Source of the DNA: a bacterium
GTDB lineage: Bacteria > Patescibacteriota > Minisyncoccia > Minisyncoccales > GBS-2
Assembly: GCA_036803205.1 (NCBI GenBank)
Contig: DAIRUS010000003.1
Coordinates: 1-61,900, forward strand
Direction of reading: 5' to 3'
Length of the DNA: 61,900 bases
Shown: in pieces, positions 17,437 through 25,866 of the stretch
Layout: the number at the start of each line of letters is the position of its first letter
Numbering within the stretch: the stretch's first letter is position 1
Position numbers and translations under genes: made by a program
The notes under the pieces: generated by a model
Databases searched by the model: none
What the model was told of the DNA's origin: nothing
Seen by the model: only the letters and a program-made list of their open reading frames with translations

Positions 17437-19458
17437 ATGGATTTGTCAAGGGTGAAGATTGACCAAGTTTTAATTTGTAGCCTCACTCCCTATTTTTTGG
17501 AAAAGGGGCTAGTTTGGTTTGAAAAAAATTTAAATAAAATTTTGGAGGCAAGAAAAACCCAATCTTTTTTTGAGGAAAATATAATTTTTTTAACTAAAGA
17601 CCAAATTTACAATTTTTCTCAATTTTTGAGGAAATTGGATGAAATGGGCTACGAAAAAGTCTTGACAGTTTCTGAACCGGGAGAATTTGCTCAAAGGGGA
17701 GGAATTATTGATGTCTTTCCGATAAATCTGAATTTTGCCGTCCGTTTTGAATTTTTGGGAAATAAAATTGAAAACATTGAAAAATTACCAATTGAGATTG
17801 AAGATGAAAAAGCGGCAAAAGAAATTTTAAAAAAGAAGTTAAAATCTCAAAAATTATTTTCTGATTTAAAAGGACTAAAACCAGGAGATTATTTGGTTCA
17901 TTTAGATCATGGTATTGGCAAATTCCTCTCATTTACTCAATTATATTGCGATCGCAATATAATTAAGTATTATGTTTTGGAATATGATAAAAATGATAGA
18001 CTCTATGTGCCAGTGGGGTTGGAACGAAAACTTTCAAGATATATTGGCTTTGTTGAGCCGAAACTCTCTAGACTAGGATCTTCTCTTTGGCAAAGAATAA
18101 AGAAAAAAGTTAAAGAAGAAGCTGAAAAATTAGCCAGAGAACTGCTGGAAATTTATGCTAAAAGAGAAATAGCTACTAGACCTCCTTATCTTCCAGAGGA
18201 CGAAATTGATTTTCAGCTTAAAGCCTCTTTTTCTTATACAGAAACGCCAGACCAAATTCAAACCCTTGAGGAATTAAAAAGGGATTTAGAAGGTTCAGAA
18301 CCAATGGACAGAATTGTCTGTGGTGATGTTGGTTTTGGCAAAACAGAAATTGCTTTAAGGGTAATGGTGAGAGTAGTAAAATCTGGCTATCAGGCAGCAA
18401 TGATTTGTCCGACGACCATTTTAGCTAATCAGCATTTTCAAAATTTTAAAGAAAGACTAAAGGATTTTCCAATCAAAATTGCAATGTTATCAAGGCTCCA
18501 GTCAAAAAAAGAACAAAAAGAAGTAATTGAAGGATTAAAAACTGGAAAAATTGATATTATTATTGGCACTCATCGTTTGTTGTCGAAAGATGTTGAAGAA
18601 TGTCTAGTTACCAACCTACCCCATTGTCCATTTTATGAGCCGGCACGAAAAGGATTAGGTCTTTTAGTTATTGATGATGAGCAAAGATTTGGAGTAAAGC
18701 AAAAAGAAAAATTGAAAAAAATGAGGGCTTCGCTTGATGTTCTTTCTCTTTCAGCCACCCCTATCCCCCGAACCCTCTATATGGCTTTGTCTTCCTTAAA
18801 AGATATTAGTTTAATTCAAACTCCACCTGTCGGTCGATTACCGGTAAAAACTTTTATTTTGCCATTTTCTGAAAAAATAATTAAAAAAGCAATTAAAAAT
18901 GAAATTTGTCGCGGCGGTCAAGTTTATTATCTTCATAATCGCGTCGAAACAATTGAAGCAACTAGAAAATTTTTAGAAAAACTAATACCCGAAGCAAAAT
19001 TTGAAATTGCTCATGGCCGGTTAAAAGAAAAAAGGTTAGTAAAAGTAATGGAAGATTTTCAGAAAAAAAAGATAGATGTTTTGGTTGCCACCACTATTAT
19101 TGAAAACGGTTTAGATTTGCCAAATGTCAATACCTTAATTGTTGCCGATGCCGCTCGTTTGGGTTTAGCTGAAGCCTATCAAGTTCGAGGAAGAATTGGT
19201 CGAAGTTATACCCAGGCCTTTGCCTATTTTTTGTACGGAAGCCATTTAACAGAAAAAGCTAAGTTGCGTTTAGATGCTCTAAAAGAGGCTGCAGAATTAG
19301 GTTCTGGTTATAAAATTGCTCTTAAAGATCTGGAAATTCGCGGCGCCGGTAATATCTTGGGGAAAGAACAATCGGGAAATATAAACCGAGTAGGGCTGAA
19401 CTTGTATTGCCAAATGCTAAACGAAGCGGTTGAAAAAATGAAAAGAAGGAACGCCTAA
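17437..19458 (+). CDS. mfd: transcription-repair coupling factor, minimal form (673 aa)
   Basis: CarD/RID-like GDYLVHLDHGIGKF...LYVPV. SF2 helicase motifs (GDVGFGKTE, DDEQRFG, SATPIPRT, QVRGRIGR). No UvrB-homology N-terminal module and no C-terminal D7. Confidence 0.85.
   Translation: MDLSRVKIDQVLICSLTPYFLEKGLVWFEKNLNKILEARKTQSFFEENIIFLTKDQIYNFSQFLRKLDEMGYEKVLTVSEPGEFAQRGGIIDVFPINLNFAVRFEFLGNKIENIEKLPIEIEDEKAAKEILKKKLKSQKLFSDLKGLKPGDYLVHLDHGIGKFLSFTQLYCDRNIIKYYVLEYDKNDRLYVPVGLERKLSRYIGFVEPKLSRLGSSLWQRIKKKVKEEAEKLARELLEIYAKREIATRPPYLPEDEIDFQLKASFSYTETPDQIQTLEELKRDLEGSEPMDRIVCGDVGFGKTEIALRVMVRVVKSGYQAAMICPTTILANQHFQNFKERLKDFPIKIAMLSRLQSKKEQKEVIEGLKTGKIDIIIGTHRLLSKDVEECLVTNLPHCPFYEPARKGLGLLVIDDEQRFGVKQKEKLKKMRASLDVLSLSATPIPRTLYMALSSLKDISLIQTPPVGRLPVKTFILPFSEKIIKKAIKNEICRGGQVYYLHNRVETIEATRKFLEKLIPEAKFEIAHGRLKEKRLVKVMEDFQKKKIDVLVATTIIENGLDLPNVNTLIVADAARLGLAEAYQVRGRIGRSYTQAFAYFLYGSHLTEKAKLRLDALKEAAELGSGYKIALKDLEIRGAGNILGKEQSGNINRVGLNLYCQMLNEAVEKMKRRNA
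17939..17964. repeat. perfect 26-bp palindrome AATTATATTGCGATCGCAATATAATT inside mfd
   Basis: Self-complementary over all 26 nt. Shares the 12-mer TTGCGATCGCAA with 3814-3825. Confidence 0.9.
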
Positions 19459-19535
19459 AATGGTCAAAGGGCAATTTTTAGACCTTAATTTCAGTTTTTA
19501 ATTTTAAAAAATAGTGTTATAGTTTAATAATTGTT

Positions 19536-20402
19536 ATGGAGGATATAAAAGAAATTTCAATTAACGACGAGAAATATCCTAAGCTTTTAAAAAAAATTAA
19601 AGACGGACCGAAAGTTCTCTATTATCGGGGAGAAATAAAAAATGAAGAAAATTGTTTTGCCATTGTGGGAACCAGACGGTGTTCAGATTATGGAAAGCAG
19701 GTGGCCTTGGAAATTGCCGGAGATTTAGCCGAGGCAGGATTAACAATTGTTTCCGGCCTGGCGCCAGGAATTGATACCTTTGCCCATCGGGCAACGGTTG
19801 AAAAAGGAAGAAGGACAATCGCCGTTTTAGGCACCGGAGTTGATGAAAAATCAATTTATCCCAAATCTAACCTAAAATTGGCAAGAAAAATTTTAGAAAT
19901 CGGTGGTTGTCTTATTTCTGAATATCCAGCAGGAACTCGCGGGACCCAATTTACCTTTCCTCAAAGAAATCGAATAATCTCTGGACTTTCTTTGGGAGTT
20001 TTAGTGGTTGAGGCGAAAGAAAAATCAGGAGCTTTAATTACGGCCAATTATGCATTTCAACAAAAAAGAAAAGTTTTTGCTGTACCTGGCTCAATTTATT
20101 CTTCCAATTCTAAGGGCCCCCATCTTTTAATTAAAAGCGGTGCCAAATTAGTTGAAAATGCCAACGACATCCTCAAGGAACTAAATCTTCCCCTTAAGAA
20201 GGTTAGTTTCTTTTGTGAAGGAGAAACAGAAGAAGAAATCTTTGTGTTAAATGCTTTAAGAGAGGGGGGATTAGATATTGATAAAATCATTGAGAAAACA
20301 AAATTATCAGCGGCTAAAGTAGTCAGCACTCTTGCCATTTTAGAAATAAAAGGTAAGGTAAAAAACTTAGGAGGAAATATTTATGCCCTTAGTCATAGTT
20401 GA
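19536..20402 (+). CDS. dprA: DNA processing protein DprA/Smf
   Basis: Rossmann-like domain with SGLAPGIDTFAHRATV and a C-terminal winged-helix-like tail. Confidence 0.85.
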   Translation: MEDIKEISINDEKYPKLLKKIKDGPKVLYYRGEIKNEENCFAIVGTRRCSDYGKQVALEIAGDLAEAGLTIVSGLAPGIDTFAHRATVEKGRRTIAVLGTGVDEKSIYPKSNLKLARKILEIGGCLISEYPAGTRGTQFTFPQRNRIISGLSLGVLVVEAKEKSGALITANYAFQQKRKVFAVPGSIYSSNSKGPHLLIKSGAKLVENANDILKELNLPLKKVSFFCEGETEEEIFVLNALREGGLDIDKIIEKTKLSAAKVVSTLAILEIKGKVKNLGGNIYALSHS

Positions 20403-22500
20403 AAGTCCGACAAAAGGAAATACTATTAAAAAATTTTTAGGTCCTCAATACAAGGTTCTTGCTTCTTACGGGCATATTAGGGATTTACCGGAAGATGAGT
20501 TTGGAATAGATGTTGAAAAAAATTTTAAGCCAAAATACATTATTATTCCAAAAGCCAAAAAAATTGTTCAGTTTCTGAAAAAAGAGGCAGAAAAAGCCAA
20601 CTTAATTATAATTTCGACCGACCCCGATAGAGAAGGAGAAGCTATTGCTTACCACTTAATTCATCTTCTAAATCTAAACGGAGAAAAACCATATCAAAGA
20701 ATTGTTTTTCATGAAATTACCAAATCGGCAATCGAGGAAGCGTTTAAAAAGCCGAGAAAGATTGACCTAAATTTAGTTGATGCTCAGCAAGCCAGAAGAA
20801 TTTTAGATAGAATTGTTGGCTATAAATTAAGCCCATTTCTCTGGAAAAAAGTAGCCAGAGGTTTATCAGCCGGAAGAGTGCAATCAGTAGCGGTGAGGTT
20901 AGTGGTGGAAAGAGAAAGGGAAATTCAAAATTTTGTTCCCCAAGAATATTGGACCATAACAGCCCAACTCAAAAAATTAGAGAACAAAACTCAGCAAGTT
21001 TTACAGGGGTCGGACCTCTGTCAATCGGACCTCTGTCAATCGGACCTCTGTCAATCGGACCTCTGTCAATTTGACGCTCTTTTGGTCAAAAAAGATGAAA
21101 AAATGATTCCCAAATTGGGAATTAAGACAAAGGAAGAGGCAGAAAAAATTATTAAAGAATTAAAAGATGCTGAATATAAAGTAGCAAATATTGAGAAAAA
21201 AGAGGTCAAAAGAAATCCCCTACCGCCATTTGTTACTTCCACTTTGCAACAGGCGGCCTGGCAGAGGTTTAAATGGCCAGCAAAATTGACAATGCAAATT
21301 AGCCAGCAACTTTATGAGACAGGATATATTACCTATCATCGTAGCGATTCTTTAAATGTTTCAGAATTGGCTTTAGCAATGGCTAAAAGATTTATTGTTA
21401 AAAATTACGGTCAAAATTATTATCAATTTCGAAAATATAAAACAAGGGCAAAAGTAGCCCAAGAAGCCCATGAAGCTATTAGACCAACCTATCCGGAAAA
21501 TATTCCAGAAAAAATTTCCAGAAAATTAGAAAAAAGCCAATTAAAGCTTTATGAACTCATTTGGAAAAGATTTATCGCCTGTCAAATGGCTCAAGCAATT
21601 TTTGAGTCAACAATTGTTGATATTTCAGCCAAAAATTATATTTTTCGGGCTAACGGACAAGTTTTGAAATTTGATGGATTTTTAAAGGTTTATCCAATTA
21701 AATATGAAGAGGTTGAATTGCCTTCTTTAAAAATAAATGAAATTTTAGAATTAATAAACCTCGTTCCTTCCCAACATTTCACCCAACCCCCTCCCAGATA
21801 TACCGAAGCAACTCTAATTAAAGCCTTAGAAGAAAATGGCATCGGTCGACCATCAACCTATGCACCAATATTATCGACAATTCAGGAAAGAAACTACATT
21901 GAAAAAGATGAGAACAAAAAATTTCGACCAACTGAAATCGGATTAGTGGTTAATGATTTGTTGGTCAATCACTTTTCGGAAATTGTTGATATTGGTTTTA
22001 CTGCCAAGATGGAAGAGAATTTAGATAAAATTGCTTTGGGAGAAAAAAAATGGCTACCAGTAATAAAAGAGTTTTATCAATCTTTCGATGAGAATTTAAA
22101 AAAGAAATATCAAGAAATTTCAAAAAAGAGTTTAATTGAAAAAACAGAAAAAATTTGTCCCCAATGTCAAGCTCATCTTTTAATTCGTTTAGGTAAATTT
22201 GGAAAATTCTACGCCTGTTCTAAATTTCCAAAATGTAAATACACTGAATCTTTAGAGGAAAACGATTTGGGTCCCAAATGTCCAAAATGTGGACAGGGAA
22301 AGATAGTGAAAAAAAGAACTAAAAAAAGGAAAATATTTTATGCCTGTAATCGGTTCCCGAAATGTAATTTTGCCTTATGGGAAAAACCAACAGGAGAAAT
22401 TTGCCCGAAATGCCAATCCCTCTTAGTGGAAACCAAAAGAAAGCAGATAAAATGTTCAAATCAAGAATGTGATTACAAATGGATAAATTCCTCAACCTAA
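20383..22500 (+). CDS. topA: DNA topoisomerase I
   Basis: Toprim (VESPTK, DPDREGE). YITYHRSDS active-site Tyr region. Three C-terminal CxxC...CxxxxC zinc ribbons. Confidence 0.9.
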   Translation: MPLVIVESPTKGNTIKKFLGPQYKVLASYGHIRDLPEDEFGIDVEKNFKPKYIIIPKAKKIVQFLKKEAEKANLIIISTDPDREGEAIAYHLIHLLNLNGEKPYQRIVFHEITKSAIEEAFKKPRKIDLNLVDAQQARRILDRIVGYKLSPFLWKKVARGLSAGRVQSVAVRLVVEREREIQNFVPQEYWTITAQLKKLENKTQQVLQGSDLCQSDLCQSDLCQSDLCQFDALLVKKDEKMIPKLGIKTKEEAEKIIKELKDAEYKVANIEKKEVKRNPLPPFVTSTLQQAAWQRFKWPAKLTMQISQQLYETGYITYHRSDSLNVSELALAMAKRFIVKNYGQNYYQFRKYKTRAKVAQEAHEAIRPTYPENIPEKISRKLEKSQLKLYELIWKRFIACQMAQAIFESTIVDISAKNYIFRANGQVLKFDGFLKVYPIKYEEVELPSLKINEILELINLVPSQHFTQPPPRYTEATLIKALEENGIGRPSTYAPILSTIQERNYIEKDENKKFRPTEIGLVVNDLLVNHFSEIVDIGFTAKMEENLDKIALGEKKWLPVIKEFYQSFDENLKKKYQEISKKSLIEKTEKICPQCQAHLLIRLGKFGKFYACSKFPKCKYTESLEENDLGPKCPKCGQGKIVKKRTKKRKIFYACNRFPKCNFALWEKPTGEICPKCQSLLVETKRKQIKCSNQECDYKWINSST
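21010..21069. repeat. perfect 15-bp x4 tandem repeat (TCGGACCTCTGTCAA) in topA, encoding (SDLCQ)x4
   Basis: Direct reading; four identical units, in frame. Confidence 0.95.
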
Positions 22501-22606
22501 TGGAAAAATTTGACGTCAGACATCAACATTAACATTAATTGACAGATGTTTGAAAATTGATAAATTAGAAAAGGAAATTAATTTTGAGGGGAAATTGAAA
22601 TCTCAA

Positions 22607-22694
22607 GCCGCGGTGCTGGAATTGGCAGACAGGATGGACTCAAAATCCATTGTCCCAAAAGGACGTGTGGGTTCAACTCCCACCTGCGGCACCA
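22607..22694 (+). tRNA. tRNA-Leu(CAA), type II with long variable arm, CCA encoded
   Basis: Acceptor GCCGCGG/CTGCGGC. Anticodon stem ATGGA/TCCAT with loop CTCAAAA. Variable arm GTCCCAAAAGGAC. T-arm GTGGGTTCAACTCCCAC. 3' ACCA. Confidence 0.9.
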
Positions 22695-22862
22695 GCGAGA
22701 AAAAGTCAATGATTGGTGGGTCGCCTCGCTTCGCTCGGCGACCAAATTATACGGGATTTTCCAGTCAAAATTTAATTTTTGGTTTTGTGCCAGCTTCGCT
22801 GGCCATAAAAGAAAATTTTAAAAGGTCGGATTTTTTTAAGTTCGTTAATCTTAATTAATTTA

Positions 22863-23477
22863 ATGCCAGAAGAAAAGAACACCAAATTTTGTTCCAATTG
22901 CGGAGCAGAGATAGATATAAAAGCTAAAATATGTCCAAAGTGCGGAGTTGAACAACCACTTATTCCGGAAAAAGTTTCTAACTGGTGGTATGTCTTAGCA
23001 ATTTTTTTAGGAATTATTGGTGGCGTAATAGCTTGGGCTGTTAATAAAGATCGCAATCCTAAAAAAGCTATTCGTTTTCTTATTGCTGGATTAGCTCTGC
23101 CTGCGATCTACATGGTGGGTATTCTTGCTTTGATCTTTTTAGTTTCATTAGGTGAAGAGAGAAAGCAAGCTCAAGAAGCTAAAGTTGTGACTGACATGAA
23201 TCAACTTCGAGTAGCAATTGAAGTTTATTCGATGGAACAAGGCAGTTATAGGGAGGCGAACTGCTCATTAACTGAGTTATCTCCCATTTGCAGCAGGATA
23301 AAGGAATATACGGGCGAAATGCCAACCATTGAGTCGTCCACAAAAAATTATTGTCTTTATGTAAAATTGCCAAGCGGAGAATACTACTGCTTGGCCAAAA
23401 CCATGTCCAGTCGCAAAACAACCATTTTCCCCGGAGGACCAAAATATTGCGATGGGATAACTTTTTCTTGCCCCTAA
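22863..23477 (+). CDS. zinc-ribbon / TM / pilin-like ectodomain protein
   Basis: N-terminal CSNCG...CPKCG zinc ribbon. Two hydrophobic segments. The C-terminal part (AQEAKVVTDMNQLRVAIEVYSMEQGSY, paired Cys) resembles the globular head of type IV pilin / pseudopilin-like proteins. Confidence 0.5.
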   Translation: MPEEKNTKFCSNCGAEIDIKAKICPKCGVEQPLIPEKVSNWWYVLAIFLGIIGGVIAWAVNKDRNPKKAIRFLIAGLALPAIYMVGILALIFLVSLGEERKQAQEAKVVTDMNQLRVAIEVYSMEQGSYREANCSLTELSPICSRIKEYTGEMPTIESSTKNYCLYVKLPSGEYYCLAKTMSSRKTTIFPGGPKYCDGITFSCP

Positions 23478-23743
23478 GAATACTATTTTTTCTAAAAATA
23501 ACAGGTTGCTTTTTACTTTTCGGTTTGGAGAGAAATTTGCCGCCAAAGAAAAATTTGAAATTATTAAAGAGTGCGGCGAGCCCGCCCCTGGCGGGCGAGC
23601 CGCCTAATCGGAGGGGGTTACCTTTCTGCCTTCGGCAGCAAAAAATTTTCGAACTATCTTTAATATAGTGCACCACTTAGGAAAATCAACGATATCATCA
23701 AAGGTCGAAGATAAAAGAAAACAAATAAAAGACTTTGGGCGTT

Positions 23744-24340
23744 ATGGAAAAATTAGATCCTAAAGCAGTTTGGATGTTTTTTTTCCAATCCCTTGGCGTT
23801 GGATTATTTTTACTCATATTTTTTGGAATCTTTGGAGCTCTTTTATTGATAGATAGATCAATTAAAGATATACAGAGAGCAATAACAGAGAGTATAGATA
23901 GATCATCAATTACAGAGAGATCAATTATTATAGAGAGAGAGGCTAAACTTGACTTAAGTTGGGGGGTAATAATTCTTTTAGCTGTGGTTGTTATTTGGAT
24001 TTTTGGTAGTTATGGTTGGGCCAAGCTATCTTACAATGCTTATAAGTTTGAACTTACCGAGGAGGTTTTTAAAAAAGAACATGGAGTGATTTGGAAAAAA
24101 TATGTTTCTATCCCCTATGAAAGAATCCAAAATATAGATATTCATCGAGGAATTATAGCTCGAATCCTTGGGCTTAGTGATCTAATGATTCAAACTGCCG
24201 GGCATTCTGGGACATATGGACATTATGGAATAATAGGGGGAGAGCCAGAAGGAAGATTGCCGGCACTTTCTAAAGAAAGAGCTGAGGCAATAAGAGAAGA
24301 GTTAATAAGAAAAGCTAAGGGAGAAAAATCAAAGTTATAA
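23744..24340 (+). CDS. membrane protein with bacterial PH (YdbS/YdbT-like, bPH_2) domain
   Basis: Two TM segments, then YKFELTEEVFKKEHGVIWKKYVSIPYERIQNIDIHRGIIARILGLSDL, which is the bPH_2 pattern. Start taken at ATG 23744. Confidence 0.6.
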   Translation: MEKLDPKAVWMFFFQSLGVGLFLLIFFGIFGALLLIDRSIKDIQRAITESIDRSSITERSIIIEREAKLDLSWGVIILLAVVVIWIFGSYGWAKLSYNAYKFELTEEVFKKEHGVIWKKYVSIPYERIQNIDIHRGIIARILGLSDLMIQTAGHSGTYGHYGIIGGEPEGRLPALSKERAEAIREELIRKAKGEKSKL

Positions 24341-24547
24341 GAGAAATTATTAAAATTCTTTTTATATCTTGGAATTAATTAAAGTTGAGATTTCGTTTTT
24401 CAACTTTTTTCAACGTTCAGAAAATTGCCAGTAAAGAACACTTGGAATCGTCAAGGGGTATAACTTTACGCCGGCTTGGAGGTTTTTTGCCGTCGCAGGC
24501 ACTAAGATGTGTCCAAACCATCTTAATAAGAAGGGGGTATTTCAATT

Positions 24548-24823
24548 ATGACCAATAATAATAAATCAGAGCCTCTTAAAAAAATTAAAGAGGAGATTAA
24601 GGAGGTGAAAAGGGAATTTAAAGAAAAAATGATCACCCTGATTTTGAGTGGTTTTGGCTTGGTGGCAGCTTTAGCCTGGAATGAGGCAATAAAAACTTTA
24701 TTTGAAACCCTTTTTCCAAAAAAGAGTGAGTTAATCGGAAAATTTTTTTATGCCGTGGTGGTAACGATTATTGTAGCAATTGTTTCCTTGCAATTGAGAA
24801 AAATTGCCGAAAAAAGAGAGTAA
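24548..24823 (+). CDS. small two-TM membrane protein (DUF5654-like)
   Basis: 91 aa. GFGLVAALAWNEAIKTLFE motif. SD AAGAAGGGGG upstream. Confidence 0.5.
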   Translation: MTNNNKSEPLKKIKEEIKEVKREFKEKMITLILSGFGLVAALAWNEAIKTLFETLFPKKSELIGKFFYAVVVTIIVAIVSLQLRKIAEKRE

Positions 24824-24825
24824 AT

Positions 24826-25866
24826 TTAAATTTTTAAATTAGCATTGGCTCTAATTTTTTCTGGTTCAATTTTTTTATGACGTTGGAAAAAAGTAACCAT
24901 TGCCACCATCGCTCCATTATCAGTGCAGAATTTAAGATCAGGAATTAAATATAGTGTATTTGGAATTTCTTCTTGAATTTTTCTCTCAAACTCTCTTCTC
25001 AGTTCCTCGTTGGCAATCACTCCTCCTCCCAAAATGATTGTTTTTGTCCCAAAATCTTTGGCTGCCTTTAAGGTTTTATAAACTAAAACATCAATGATTG
25101 CCCTTTGAACTTCAGTTGCCATTGCCCGAATATACTCTTTTGACTCTCTAATTCTTTTTGGCTGATTTTTGAAATCGTATAAAACAGCAGTTTTTAATCC
25201 GGCGAAAGAAAAATCATAATTTTTTTGATAGAGCATTGGTCGAGGCAATTTAATTTTATAATCGCCAATTGGCGATTGCTGAGCTGCTAATTTAGCAATC
25301 GCCGGACCTCCCGGATATCCTAAACCCAATAACCTAGCAACTTTATCAAAACATTCTCCAGCCGCATCATCTCTGGTTTCGCCAATTAATTTATATTTTC
25401 CAATTGCTTCGACTAAAATCAATTGGGTATGACCCCCACTAACTACTAAAGAAACGGCTGGAAAGATTTGAGGTTTAAGATTTAAGATCTGAAATTTATC
25501 AAGGAAATTAGCCAGAATATGGGATTCGATATGATTTACTGGAACCAGGGTTTTATTTAATTTTTTAGCTAAATTTTTGGCAAAATTAATTCCCTGCCAC
25601 AAACAAGGCTCTAGGCCTGGTCCAACTGTAATGCCAATCAAATCAATCTTTGAAATCTCTATTCCTTCGATTACCTTTTTAAAAACAATTGGTAAATTTT
25701 TTTGATGCTCCCTTTTTGCCAAAAATGGATAAACTCCACCGTATTGGGCGTGAAGTTTTGTTTGGGAAGAAATAATATTGCTTAAAACTTTTACCTCTGA
25801 CCTTTTAATCTTTAAAAGAGAAATAGAGGTCTCGTCGCAAGAGGTATCAATACCTAAAATTAGCAT
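24826..25866 (-). CDS. tsaD: tRNA N6-adenosine threonylcarbamoyltransferase
   Basis: ILGIDTSCDETS, HIESHI, SGGHT and GGVIANEELR motifs of Kae1/TsaD. Confidence 0.9.
   Translation of the reverse strand: MLILGIDTSCDETSISLLKIKRSEVKVLSNIISSQTKLHAQYGGVYPFLAKREHQKNLPIVFKKVIEGIEISKIDLIGITVGPGLEPCLWQGINFAKNLAKKLNKTLVPVNHIESHILANFLDKFQILNLKPQIFPAVSLVVSGGHTQLILVEAIGKYKLIGETRDDAAGECFDKVARLLGLGYPGGPAIAKLAAQQSPIGDYKIKLPRPMLYQKNYDFSFAGLKTAVLYDFKNQPKRIRESKEYIRAMATEVQRAIIDVLVYKTLKAAKDFGTKTIILGGGVIANEELRREFERKIQEEIPNTLYLIPDLKFCTDNGAMVAMVTFFQRHKKIEPEKIRANANLKI

Noticed and set aside
21010-21069. Possible CRISPR array
   Set aside because: The 15-bp units are directly abutting with no spacers, they lie in frame inside topA, and no cas genes are present. 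No other repeat-spacer pattern was seen in the window.
22550-22858. 102-aa plus-strand ORF in the track
   Set aside because: It is read straight through tRNA-Leu(CAA) (22607-22694) and the GC hairpins behind it. It has no SD and its sequence is tRNA-derived (…VGSTPTCGTS…).
23179-23676. Three mutually overlapping ORFs (165 aa and 89 aa minus, 105 aa plus)
   Set aside because: They are antisense to, or run on from, the well-supported gene 22863-23477, then cross the GC-hairpin region. They have no SD and low-complexity translations. Judged spurious.
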